A stretch of 41,233 nt of DNA from Gammaproteobacteria bacterium (GTDB taxonomy: Bacteria > Pseudomonadota > Gammaproteobacteria > Pseudomonadales > Azotimanducaceae): positions 1-41,233 of the forward strand of contig JAYNPH010000004.1 of assembly GCA_038113685.1 (NCBI GenBank), read 5' to 3'. Of the stretch, positions 1-8,917 are shown in pieces; within the stretch, counting starts at the first letter, position 1, and each line of letters opens with the position of its first letter. The translations under genes and the position numbers were made by a program. The notes under the pieces were generated by a model. The model was not told the DNA's origin. It saw nothing but the letters and a program-made list of their open reading frames with translations, and made no database searches.

Positions 1-440
1 CTAACATCGCAAAGCACGATATGCGCCACAGCTTGATCAAATTGTCGCCAAGGCAAAGGCCCCTCCAATTCACTACTTTTTCGGCTTTTTTGGCAGCATA
101 AAGCAACCTCAAAACACCCGTAAAAGCCTTACTGCTCCTTCGACAAAGGACAACACAGGCTTGATTCCACAGTACATTTTTGAGAATGTTGCCGGCCGGC
201 TGGGATACCACCAGTCGACGCTGACCGGTAGATCATCTGTAATTACGGCATCTGCCAAACCATATTAAAAAAACGCCTTTGTTGCGCTTTGCTCGCGCAG
301 CCAAGGCACCGTGACCCTTTCAAATGGCCGACCAAGCATTTCACTTGCTTTGACGCCGGCGCATCGCTGGACGAACCGTCCACCGTAAGGGTTCGTCGGG
401 GCAGTTTAAAGCCCGGACACAAAAACAACTGAGACGATCT

Positions 441-3400
441 ATGACGCTGACATTCAACGGAAACTTCCCACAAAAGAACGGGCTGTACGACCCCGCAAAC
501 GAGAAAGACGGGTGCGGCGTGGGCTTCGTTTGCGACATTAAGGGACGACCCAGCCACAAGATTCTGCAGGACGCCTTTGCCATGAACTGCTGCATGGAGC
601 ACCGTGGTGGCGTTGGCTATGAGAAGAACACTGGCGATGGCGCCGGCGTGATGACGGGTATGCCCCACGGCTTCTTTGATGGTCTGGCCCAAGAGCTTTT
701 CGGTCGTGCGCTACCCAACCCCGGCGAATACGGCGTGGGCAACGTTTTTCTGCCAACAGATTCTGAGCAACGGGCAACCTGTAAGGCCATAATCGCCAAA
801 GCCATTGAAGATGCGGGCCAAACGCTTATCGGCTGGCGGGAACTGCCCACAAGTCCTGATATCGCCGATGTCGGTAAAGCCGCCAGAGCAGCGATGCCGA
901 CGTTCGAACAGCTCTTCGTCGGCAAGGGCGCCATCGGCGGCATGGAAAACGAGTCCTTTGAGCGCAAGCTGTATACCATTCGTAAGCACAGCGCGCACCT
1001 AGTTCGGGCCGATGACTCTGTCACCCAATCGCATCTATTTTACATGTGCTCTTTGTCGACGAACGTCATCATATACAAGGGTATGTTGACGCCGGATCAG
1101 TTGTTTCCGTTTTATCCTGACCTGACGAATACCGGGTACGAAAGTCACATGGCCATGGTGCACTCCCGATTCAGCACCAATACCTTCCCATCTTGGGATC
1201 GCGCCCAACCCAGCCGCTTCATGAGCCACAACGGCGAAATCAACACGCTGTTGGGTAACATCAACGCCATGAACGCTCGGGAAGGCACAGTCGCTTCTGA
1301 GTACTTCGGGGAAGACATCAAAAAATTGTTCCCCATCGTAGAGCCAGATTGCTCGGACTCCGGCACCTTCGACAACGTCCTAGAGTTCCTGCTGATGTCT
1401 GGGCGCACGCTGCCAGAAGCGTTGCTGATGATGATTCCTGAAGCGTGGCAACAACACACGGGCATGTCTGCGGAAAAGAAAGCGTTTTACGAATACCACT
1501 CGTGCCTGATCGAGCCTTGGGACGGTCCGGCGTCTATCGCTTTCTCCGACGGATCCTGCATTGGCGCGGTCTTAGACCGAAATGGCCTGCGGCCTTCACG
1601 TTATTACATTACCGATGACGACATCTGCATCATGGCCTCGGAGGTTGGCGTGGTACCGGTGGACTCAGCAAAAGTTGTGGAAAAAGGACGGCTGCAGCCC
1701 GGACGTATCTTCCTCATCGACTTCGAACAGGGCCGAATGATTCCTGACGAAGAACTGAAATCAGACCTAGCCAGCCGACGCCCCTATCAAAAGTGGGTTG
1801 AAGAGCAACGCATTGAGCTCAGCGACCTACCTCAAGTCGCGGGTAAGGCGCTTAACCACGTCACCCTAACGCCGCGCATGCAGGCCTTTGGCTACACCCA
1901 GGAAACCATGCAGTTCATGCTGCTGCCGATGATCAAGGAACTCAGGGACCCGCTAGGGTCCATGGGTAACGACGCAGCCCTAGCTGTGATGTCAGACAAA
2001 CCGCGCATGCTGTACGACTACTTCAAACAGCGTTTTGCCCAAGTTACCAATCCGCCCATCGACTCCATTCGTGAAGAAGTCATCATGGCGCTGGATTGCT
2101 ACATAGGCCCAGAGCAAAACCTGCTGCAGACCGAAGCCAAGAACGCCCATCGGCTACGCGTACCGCACCCGATTTTGACCAATGATGAGCTTGCATCGAT
2201 CACCGCCATGGATCATCGCGGTTGGCGAACGGCCACTATCGACATCACCTACCCGGCCTACTCGGGCCAGCAGGGATTGGCAGAGGCTCTGGAGCGCATC
2301 AACAAGGAGGCCAGTCAGGCCATCGCCGATGGTTACAGTCTCGTCGTGCTCAGCGACCGTGCTCTGGGCACGGACCGAGTGGCCATGAGCGCGTTGTTAG
2401 CCGTAGGCAGTGTCCATCATTCCTTAGTCGGTAAAGCCGAGCGCAGCCAAATTGGTTTGATCGTTGAAACTGGCGAGGCCCGTGAAGTGCACCACCACTG
2501 CCTGTTGGTGGGCTATGGCGCGGACGCTATTAACCCGTACCTCGCCTTTGAAGCACTTTGGGACGCGCAAGAAAAAGGTGCCTTCGACAGTGTAAGCGGC
2601 GTGGAGAGCAGCGACGACGTCGTTCGAAACTACCGCAAAGCCGTTGCTAAGGGCATGCTCAAAGTCATGGCTAAAATGGGTATCTCTACCCTTCAGTCTT
2701 ACAAAGGCGCGCAGATCTTTGAGGCAGTGGGCCTAGCCCAAGACGTCATCAACCAATCTTTCATCGGCACCGCGAGCCGGGTCGAAGGCGTTTCCATGGA
2801 TGTGCTGGCCGAAGAAATGCAGCGCCGACACGCCATTGGTTATCCGCAACGAGATCAGGCTACCGTCAGCGTGTTGCCAAACCCCGGTGACTTCCACTGG
2901 CGTAGGCATGGTGACACCCATATGTGGGATCCAAAGTCCGTAGCCAGCCTTCAGGCAGCAGCGCGAAGCAACAGTGCAGACGCGTACTGGGCGTTCGCCA
3001 ACCAAGTGAACGATGACAACACCCGCAAAGCCACCCTGCGCGGCCTGCTGGACTTCAATTATCCGGCAACAGGCGTCCCGCTGGATGAGGTTGAACCCGC
3101 TAGCGAGATTGTCAAACGCTTCGCCACCGGCGCCATGAGTTTTGGCTCCATCAGCGCAGAAGCGCATGAATCCTTGGCCATCGCCATGAACCGTATGGGC
3201 GGAAAGTCCAATACCGGTGAAGGGGGCGAGGACGCCAAGCGCTTTATTCCCATGGCAAACGGCGACTCCAAGCGCTCGGCTATCAAGCAGGTTGCCAGTG
3301 GTCGTTTCGGCGTCACCATTAACTACCTCAGCAACGCCGACGAGTTGCAGATCAAAATCATTCAGGGCGCCAAGCCCGGCGAGGGAGGCGAGCTACCCGG

Positions 3401-5003
3401 TGGCAAGGTGGATGACTACATTGCCAGCCTGCGGCACTCGACTCCGGGGGTCGGCTTAATCAGCCCGCCACCACACCATGACATTTATTCCATCGAGGAC
3501 ATGGCTCAGCTGATTCATGACCTGAAGAACGCCAACCCCAAGGCTCGTATCAGCGTGAAGCTAGGGGCCGAAATTGGCGTCGGTACGGTTGCTGCGGGGG
3601 TGACTAAGGCACGGGCAGACCACATCGTGATTGCCGGGGATTCCGGCGGCACAGGTGCATCACCTTTAACCTCCATCAAGCACGCTGGGGTGCCTTGGGA
3701 GCTTGGCATCGCCGAGACCCATCAAACTCTGGTGATGAACAACCTACGCTCTCGCGTCGTTCTGCAAACCGACGGTCAAATTAAGACCGGCAGAGACGTT
3801 GCCATGGCGGCCCTGCTGGGAGCCGAAGAATACGGCTTTGCCACAGCGCCTCTAATTGCCCTTGGCTGCATCATGATGCGCAAGTGTCACCTGAATACGT
3901 GCCCTGTTGGCATCGCAACGCAAGACCCTGAGCTTCGCAAGAAATTCAACGGCGAACCCGAACACGTAGTGAACTACCTCTTTATGGTGGCCCAGGAGAT
4001 GCGCCAAATAATGGCCTTACTGGGTCTGCGCACGGTTAATGACATGATCGGCCGCGTTGATTTGCTGAAGACCGATGAGGCTATTGCCCACTGGAAGTCT
4101 GAGGGAATCGACTTAACGGCTATTTTGGCCCAGCCGGAAATTCCCGATGAATTCCTAGGCAGCTACGCAATTCACGACCAAGATCACCAGTTGGATCGCG
4201 CGCTGGATAACCAGCTTATCGAGTTGGCAGCGCCGGCGCTGCAGAAGGGCGAGCAGGTTCGTGCAGAGCTACCTATCATCAACACCAACCGAGTGGTGGG
4301 TGCGATGCTGTCCAACCAAATCATCGCTCAAGTCGGTCCGCAAATGCTGCCCGATGACACCCTACACTTTAAACTCAACGGCAGTGCTGGCCAGAGTCTC
4401 GGCTGCTTCCTTGCCAAGGGCGTTACTTTGGAAGTGGAAGGTGATGCTAACGACTTTGTTGGCAAGGGGCTGTCCGGTGGGCGCGTTATCGTTTACCCGC
4501 CCAAGAACAGCCAATTTGCGGCCGAAGAAAATATCTTGCTTGGTAATGTGGCCCTGTACGGCGCCACCTCCGGGGAAGCCTACTTCCGCGGCATTGCCGC
4601 CGAGCGTTTTTGTGTCCGCAACAGCGGTGCCAGCGCCGTTGTAGAAGGCGTCGGCGATCACGGATGTGAGTACATGACTGGGGGACGAGTCGTCATCCTA
4701 GGCTCAACCGGGCGAAACTTCGCCGCAGGGATGAGTGGCGGTATCGCCTACATTTGGGACCCACAGCAGCAATTTGCGGCCAACTGCAATGCCGAGATGG
4801 TGGATCTCGACGACGTTGAAACCGATGCTGATTTGACCGAGCTAAAAACTCTGATCGAGAATCATTTGGCCCATACGGGTTCTACCGTAGCGGCCCAAGT
4901 ACTGGAAAACTGGGGCCAGAGCGTTGCCCAATTCGTTAAAGTTATGCCCCGGGATTACAAACGGGTACTTCAGCAACGCCAGCAGCAGGTCAGTGCTGGC
5001 TAA
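441..5003 (+). CDS. gltB: Glutamate synthase large subunit
   Basis: 1520 aa; propeptide then catalytic Cys in CGVGF, HSRFSTNT, PWDGPA, TGAMSFGSIS, KSNTGEGG, QGAKPGEGG, CIMMRKCHLNTCPVG 3Fe-4S motif, C-terminal GXGXG beta-helix. Confidence 0.98.
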   Translation: MTLTFNGNFPQKNGLYDPANEKDGCGVGFVCDIKGRPSHKILQDAFAMNCCMEHRGGVGYEKNTGDGAGVMTGMPHGFFDGLAQELFGRALPNPGEYGVGNVFLPTDSEQRATCKAIIAKAIEDAGQTLIGWRELPTSPDIADVGKAARAAMPTFEQLFVGKGAIGGMENESFERKLYTIRKHSAHLVRADDSVTQSHLFYMCSLSTNVIIYKGMLTPDQLFPFYPDLTNTGYESHMAMVHSRFSTNTFPSWDRAQPSRFMSHNGEINTLLGNINAMNAREGTVASEYFGEDIKKLFPIVEPDCSDSGTFDNVLEFLLMSGRTLPEALLMMIPEAWQQHTGMSAEKKAFYEYHSCLIEPWDGPASIAFSDGSCIGAVLDRNGLRPSRYYITDDDICIMASEVGVVPVDSAKVVEKGRLQPGRIFLIDFEQGRMIPDEELKSDLASRRPYQKWVEEQRIELSDLPQVAGKALNHVTLTPRMQAFGYTQETMQFMLLPMIKELRDPLGSMGNDAALAVMSDKPRMLYDYFKQRFAQVTNPPIDSIREEVIMALDCYIGPEQNLLQTEAKNAHRLRVPHPILTNDELASITAMDHRGWRTATIDITYPAYSGQQGLAEALERINKEASQAIADGYSLVVLSDRALGTDRVAMSALLAVGSVHHSLVGKAERSQIGLIVETGEAREVHHHCLLVGYGADAINPYLAFEALWDAQEKGAFDSVSGVESSDDVVRNYRKAVAKGMLKVMAKMGISTLQSYKGAQIFEAVGLAQDVINQSFIGTASRVEGVSMDVLAEEMQRRHAIGYPQRDQATVSVLPNPGDFHWRRHGDTHMWDPKSVASLQAAARSNSADAYWAFANQVNDDNTRKATLRGLLDFNYPATGVPLDEVEPASEIVKRFATGAMSFGSISAEAHESLAIAMNRMGGKSNTGEGGEDAKRFIPMANGDSKRSAIKQVASGRFGVTINYLSNADELQIKIIQGAKPGEGGELPGGKVDDYIASLRHSTPGVGLISPPPHHDIYSIEDMAQLIHDLKNANPKARISVKLGAEIGVGTVAAGVTKARADHIVIAGDSGGTGASPLTSIKHAGVPWELGIAETHQTLVMNNLRSRVVLQTDGQIKTGRDVAMAALLGAEEYGFATAPLIALGCIMMRKCHLNTCPVGIATQDPELRKKFNGEPEHVVNYLFMVAQEMRQIMALLGLRTVNDMIGRVDLLKTDEAIAHWKSEGIDLTAILAQPEIPDEFLGSYAIHDQDHQLDRALDNQLIELAAPALQKGEQVRAELPIINTNRVVGAMLSNQIIAQVGPQMLPDDTLHFKLNGSAGQSLGCFLAKGVTLEVEGDANDFVGKGLSGGRVIVYPPKNSQFAAEENILLGNVALYGATSGEAYFRGIAAERFCVRNSGASAVVEGVGDHGCEYMTGGRVVILGSTGRNFAAGMSGGIAYIWDPQQQFAANCNAEMVDLDDVETDADLTELKTLIENHLAHTGSTVAAQVLENWGQSVAQFVKVMPRDYKRVLQQRQQQVSAG

Positions 5004-5015
5004 CGGGCAAGCGAC

Positions 5016-5064
5016 GTGGTTCTGCTCGGATAATGGCGAGCTTCGCCAGCGCGGGTAGAACCAC
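5016..5064 (+). other. Long intergenic stem-loop between gltB and gltD
   Basis: GTGGTTCTGCTCG (5016-5028) pairs with CGGGTAGAACCAC (5052-5064; 13 bp with 2 G-U); inner TGGCGA/TCGCCA; no U-tract. Confidence 0.7.
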
Positions 5065-5117
5065 TTAAAGCGAAAAACAAACTTCAGTGATAACTAAGAG
5101 CGTAAGAGTAAGAAGAT

Positions 5118-6581
5118 ATGGGTAAACCCACCGGTTTCATGGAATTCCCGCGACAAGCTGCCCCTTATCGGCCGGCAAAAGAGCGTCTGCTGGATTTCAA
5201 CGAGATTTACACAAACCACGATATCCAGCGTCTTAGCACCCAAAGCGCCCGTTGCATGGATTGTGGCGTGCCCTTCTGCCAGTCAGAAGAAGGATGCCCC
5301 ATTCATAACTTGATTCCAGAGTTTAACGACCTGGTCTTTCGTGACGAATGGCGCGAAGCATTGGACAGACTGCAAAAAACCAATAATTTCCCGGAATTTA
5401 CCGGTCGCGTGTGCCCGGCGCCGTGCGAGGGCTCCTGCGTTTTAGGCATTACGGACCCGGCTGTGACCATCAAAAACATTGAAATGGCCATCATTGACCG
5501 GGGCTTCGAAGAAGGCTGGGTAACTCCGAATACACCTGCGAGCCGCACAGGCAAAACCATTGCCATTGTCGGCTCTGGGCCTGCCGGCCTAGCAGCGGCA
5601 GATCAACTCAATCGCGTCGGCCACAGCGTCACCGTGTACGAGCGCGCCGATCGTGTTGGCGGCCTACTAATGTACGGCATCCCAAATATGAAATTAGGCA
5701 AGGAAGATATTGTAGAGCGCCGCGTGAACCTGCTGCGGGAAGCAGGCATCACCTTCATTACCGGAACCGCTGTGGGTGACGGCAGCGACGACAGTGTCAG
5801 CGTCAAAGACCTACAGCAGCAGCACGACATTGTCCTGCTAACCACGGGCGCCACCGTACCGCGGGATCTGCCCATCGAAGGACGGCAATTCAAGGGCGTG
5901 CACTTTGCCATGGATTTTTTAAGTGCCAACACCAAGAGCCTGCTGGATTCGGACCTCAAGGACGGCAACCACATCTCGGCCAAGGGCAAGGACGTGATCG
6001 TTATCGGCGGCGGCGATACCGGCACCGACTGTATTGGCACGTCGCTACGCCATGGCTGTAAGAGCCTTGTTAACTTTGAGCTGTTTCCAAAGCCTCCGGA
6101 AAGCCGGGATGCAAACAATCCTTGGCCAACTTGGCCAAAGATATTCCGCGTGGACTACGGACATGAAGAAGCCGCCGAGGTGCAGGGTGAAGACCCACGA
6201 GTCTATTCGGTCTCGTCGCTTTGCTTTTTAGGCAATGACCAAGGTGAGCTAACCGGCGTCAGAACCGTCGAAGTCGAAATGAAAGACGGCAAATTTGAAA
6301 ATGTACCGGGCACCGAAAAAAACTGGCCTGCGGACTTGGTATTCTTAGCCATGGGCTTCCTCGGGCCAGAGCATACCGCCTCGGACCAACTTGGTTTGGA
6401 ATACGACGAACGATCAAATTTCAAAGCCGAATACGGCTGCTACAAGACTAACGTGGACAACGTTTTTGTAGCCGGTGACTGCCGGCGCGGGCAATCCTTG
6501 GTTGTGCGGGCAATAAACGAGGGCCGCGAAGCGGCTCGCGAAATTGACCGTCATCTGATGGGTATTACCGAACTACCCTAG
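5118..6581 (+). CDS. gltD: Glutamate synthase small subunit
   Basis: 487 aa; [10 protein letters not shown]...GCP and [12 protein letters not shown] Fe-S motifs, GSGPAG FAD motif, GGGDTG dinucleotide motif, [12 protein letters not shown]. Confidence 0.97.
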   Translation: MGKPTGFMEFPRQAAPYRPAKERLLDFNEIYTNHDIQRLSTQSARCMDCGVPFCQSEEGCPIHNLIPEFNDLVFRDEWREALDRLQKTNNFPEFTGRVCPAPCEGSCVLGITDPAVTIKNIEMAIIDRGFEEGWVTPNTPASRTGKTIAIVGSGPAGLAAADQLNRVGHSVTVYERADRVGGLLMYGIPNMKLGKEDIVERRVNLLREAGITFITGTAVGDGSDDSVSVKDLQQQHDIVLLTTGATVPRDLPIEGRQFKGVHFAMDFLSANTKSLLDSDLKDGNHISAKGKDVIVIGGGDTGTDCIGTSLRHGCKSLVNFELFPKPPESRDANNPWPTWPKIFRVDYGHEEAAEVQGEDPRVYSVSSLCFLGNDQGELTGVRTVEVEMKDGKFENVPGTEKNWPADLVFLAMGFLGPEHTASDQLGLEYDERSNFKAEYGCYKTNVDNVFVAGDCRRGQSLVVRAINEGREAAREIDRHLMGITELP

Positions 6582-6600
6582 CCAATTTTCCCGGTACACA

Positions 6601-6621
6601 CGCGGCTGCCCACCAGCCGCG
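6601..6621. terminator. GC-rich hairpin between convergent gltD and SPOR gene
   Basis: CGCGGCTG-CCCAC-CAGCCGCG perfect 8-bp stem, no clear U-tract on either strand. Confidence 0.4.
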
Positions 6622-6656
6622 CGGACATGTCCTGACAAATCCGCCAGCAGCTCGTC

Positions 6657-7091
6657 TCAGTCTTGCAGCGTGGTGCGAATACTCTGTTTTACGTCGGCTA
6701 GCGAACGTACCCACGTATCCTCAGCGGCCAGCCCGTCTATTTGCAGCGCCCTTTGCGCTTGTGATGCCTCTTCTGCAGTCTCAAATACCCCAAAGACCAA
6801 TACATACAGCAGACTGTTACCCTTTTGATAGCGGAATGAGGCCAAGGTGCCGGCAACCTGAGAAGCGGCGCGGTCGGAAAATTCCTGCAACTGGCGACGG
6901 GACGATACGGTAAGCAACTGTAGGGTGTAGCCAGAGTCCGGCTGTCGAATCAGCCACTGGGCATCCTTTACAACGGACTGTTCGAGCAACGCATTGGACG
7001 CATCGTCAGCCGCATCTTCGGCCCAGCTGAGATACGGCGTTGCCAGCAAACACACAAGGCAGGTCACGCCATAAAGCAGCCGCTTACCCAT
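6657..7091 (-). CDS. DamX-like stand-alone SPOR domain protein with signal peptide
   Basis: 144 aa; MGKR + hydrophobic stretch + SWA; SPOR hallmarks YTLQL, YVLVFGVF..AEEA, WVRSLADVK; damX position downstream of aroB. Confidence 0.8.
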   Translation of the reverse strand: MGKRLLYGVTCLVCLLATPYLSWAEDAADDASNALLEQSVVKDAQWLIRQPDSGYTLQLLTVSSRRQLQEFSDRAASQVAGTLASFRYQKGNSLLYVLVFGVFETAEEASQAQRALQIDGLAAEDTWVRSLADVKQSIRTTLQD

Positions 7092-8232
7092 GATCTGCCG
7101 ACAAGCCCATTTGCTCGGTAAGCACGCTGACTAGGAGGTCCACGCCCACATCGTCGCAGATCATCACGTCCCCCAAGCGCCGGGCCAAGACGAATTTTAA
7201 CCGACCATCGCTCACCTTTTTGTCCATCCCCATAGCTTCCACCATTGCGTCCACGCTGAGGTTGTGGTCGCCCAGCGCCGTGGGCAGGCCTAACCCGTCC
7301 AGCAGCTTCGCAAGTCTCGCGGCATCCGACTCCGCAAACCCGCAATGCAGGACCGATAGCCGCGCCGCCATGACCATACCAATGGCAACCGCCTCGCCGT
7401 GTAGCCACTGCCCGTATCCGGCAAGTTTTTCAATGGCATGACCGAAGGTATGACCGTAGTTCAAAATGGCGCGCTTGCCCGATTCACGCTCGTCTTCGCT
7501 AACGACTTTTGCCTTGCTGGCGCAGGAGCGCAATATCACTTGCTGGAGTATCTCTGGCGAACGGCTCAGCAGTCCTTCCAGATTGTCTTCCAACCACCCA
7601 AAGAACTCATGGTCATCGATCACCCCGTACTTAACCACTTCAGCTAAACCCGCCGCGTATTCCCGCGGCGGCAGCGTGGTCAACACCGATGTGTCAGCCA
7701 ACACAGCCTTGGGCTGATAAAAGGCACCGATCATGTTTTTACCCGCAGGATGATTGACTGCGGTCTTACCGCCCACAGAGGAATCGACCTGAGCTAGAAG
7801 CGTTGTGGGAATTTGAATGAAGTCCACGCCCCGCTGGTAGGTCGCGGCGACGAAGCCGCACAGATCGCCTACCACGCCACCACCCAAAGCAATTAAACAG
7901 GTGCTGCGGTTGTGTCTGGCATCTAACAAAAACGTGGTAACCGCCTGATAGCTTTCAAGCGTTTTATATGCTTCGCCGTCGGGCAGCTGATACACGTCAA
8001 CCTGGCGCTGTCCCAGCGCCTTCAGGACCGGCTGCAAATACAGTGGCGCAATGGTTTCGTTAGTGATGATCGCGACCTGCTGGCCAGCAATGAGCGGCTC
8101 CAGCAAGTGGGCAAGTTCAGCGGAATCACCCACGCCCAAGTCACCGACGTGAATCGGAGAGCTTCGATCTCCAAGCTCTACCGTCAGGGTCTGGGCTGTC
8201 GGCAGCCCCATCGAATTCGACGTTGTTGTCAT
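7084..8232 (-). CDS. aroB: 3-dehydroquinate synthase
   Basis: LGGGVVGDL, PTTLLAQVDSSVGGKT, LNYGHTFGHAIE, HGEAVAIG, MDKK. Confidence 0.97.
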   Translation of the reverse strand: MTTTSNSMGLPTAQTLTVELGDRSSPIHVGDLGVGDSAELAHLLEPLIAGQQVAIITNETIAPLYLQPVLKALGQRQVDVYQLPDGEAYKTLESYQAVTTFLLDARHNRSTCLIALGGGVVGDLCGFVAATYQRGVDFIQIPTTLLAQVDSSVGGKTAVNHPAGKNMIGAFYQPKAVLADTSVLTTLPPREYAAGLAEVVKYGVIDDHEFFGWLEDNLEGLLSRSPEILQQVILRSCASKAKVVSEDERESGKRAILNYGHTFGHAIEKLAGYGQWLHGEAVAIGMVMAARLSVLHCGFAESDAARLAKLLDGLGLPTALGDHNLSVDAMVEAMGMDKKVSDGRLKFVLARRLGDVMICDDVGVDLLVSVLTEQMGLSADHG

Positions 8233-8771
8233 GTGTTAGACCTTGTGAGCTTGTTGTTCTGTTGCTCCAGCAACCGCAGAATTTTCCGCGTAACGGCGCC
8301 TGCACCTCGCTGATCGGTAATCACCCGATGATCCGCCACCTCCGCATAGAGTGGCCCGCGCACGGCCTTTAGATCCCGCAGAATTTTTCCCGGATCGCCA
8401 CCCTGCAATAACGGTCGCTTGGTATCTCGTCGGGTTCGAGCGACCAGTTTATCGACAGGGCTGTCCAAATAAAAAACCAGCCCGCGCGATGCCAAATGCC
8501 GACGGTTGTCCTCACGCAAAATCGCACCACCGCCGGTGGCCAGCACAATACCCTCCCGCTGAGTCAGTTCATCAATTACCGAGGCTTCTCGCTCACGAAA
8601 GCCCGTTTCGCCTTCCACGTCGAAAATCCAGGAAATCTCGGCACCGGCACGGCGCTCGATCTCATGATCCGCATCGAAAAAGGGCCGGCCCAAGGCATCG
8701 GCCAGCTGACGACCGACGGTGCTTTTACCCACCGCCATCAGGCCAACCAAAAATATGTTCTGCACCGTCAT
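8229..8771 (-). CDS. aroK: Shikimate kinase
   Basis: GLMAVGKSTVG P-loop, IFDVEGETGFRERE, ATGGG, RPLL; 4-nt overlap with aroB. Confidence 0.96.
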   Translation of the reverse strand: MTVQNIFLVGLMAVGKSTVGRQLADALGRPFFDADHEIERRAGAEISWIFDVEGETGFREREASVIDELTQREGIVLATGGGAILREDNRRHLASRGLVFYLDSPVDKLVARTRRDTKRPLLQGGDPGKILRDLKAVRGPLYAEVADHRVITDQRGAGAVTRKILRLLEQQNNKLTRSNT

Positions 8772-8778
8772 AGGGCTA

Positions 8779-8807
8779 AGTGTAAAGCAAGGCAGGAAAG
8801 GCGCGAA
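8779..8807 (-). promoter_or_regulatory. Putative sigma70 promoter of aroK
   Basis: Minus strand TTCGCG-N17-TACACT, ending 7 nt before the aroK ATG. Confidence 0.5.
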
Positions 8808-8917
8808 GGAATATGACCAAACTAAGATGAAACCAGCCGGATCCGCGACGCGTTCCTGTACTTGCCATCACCGATCACCTGCGATCGCCCAGCAGTGCCC
8901 AGAGCAACGGCTGAGAT

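Noticed and set aside
91-105. Sigma54-like TGGCA...AAGCA upstream of gltB
   Set aside because: GG to GC spacing is 9 nt rather than the required 10
243-692. 149-aa antisense ORF, representative of the many overlapping ORFs in the track
   Set aside because: Shadow frames of well-supported genes with no recognisable motifs
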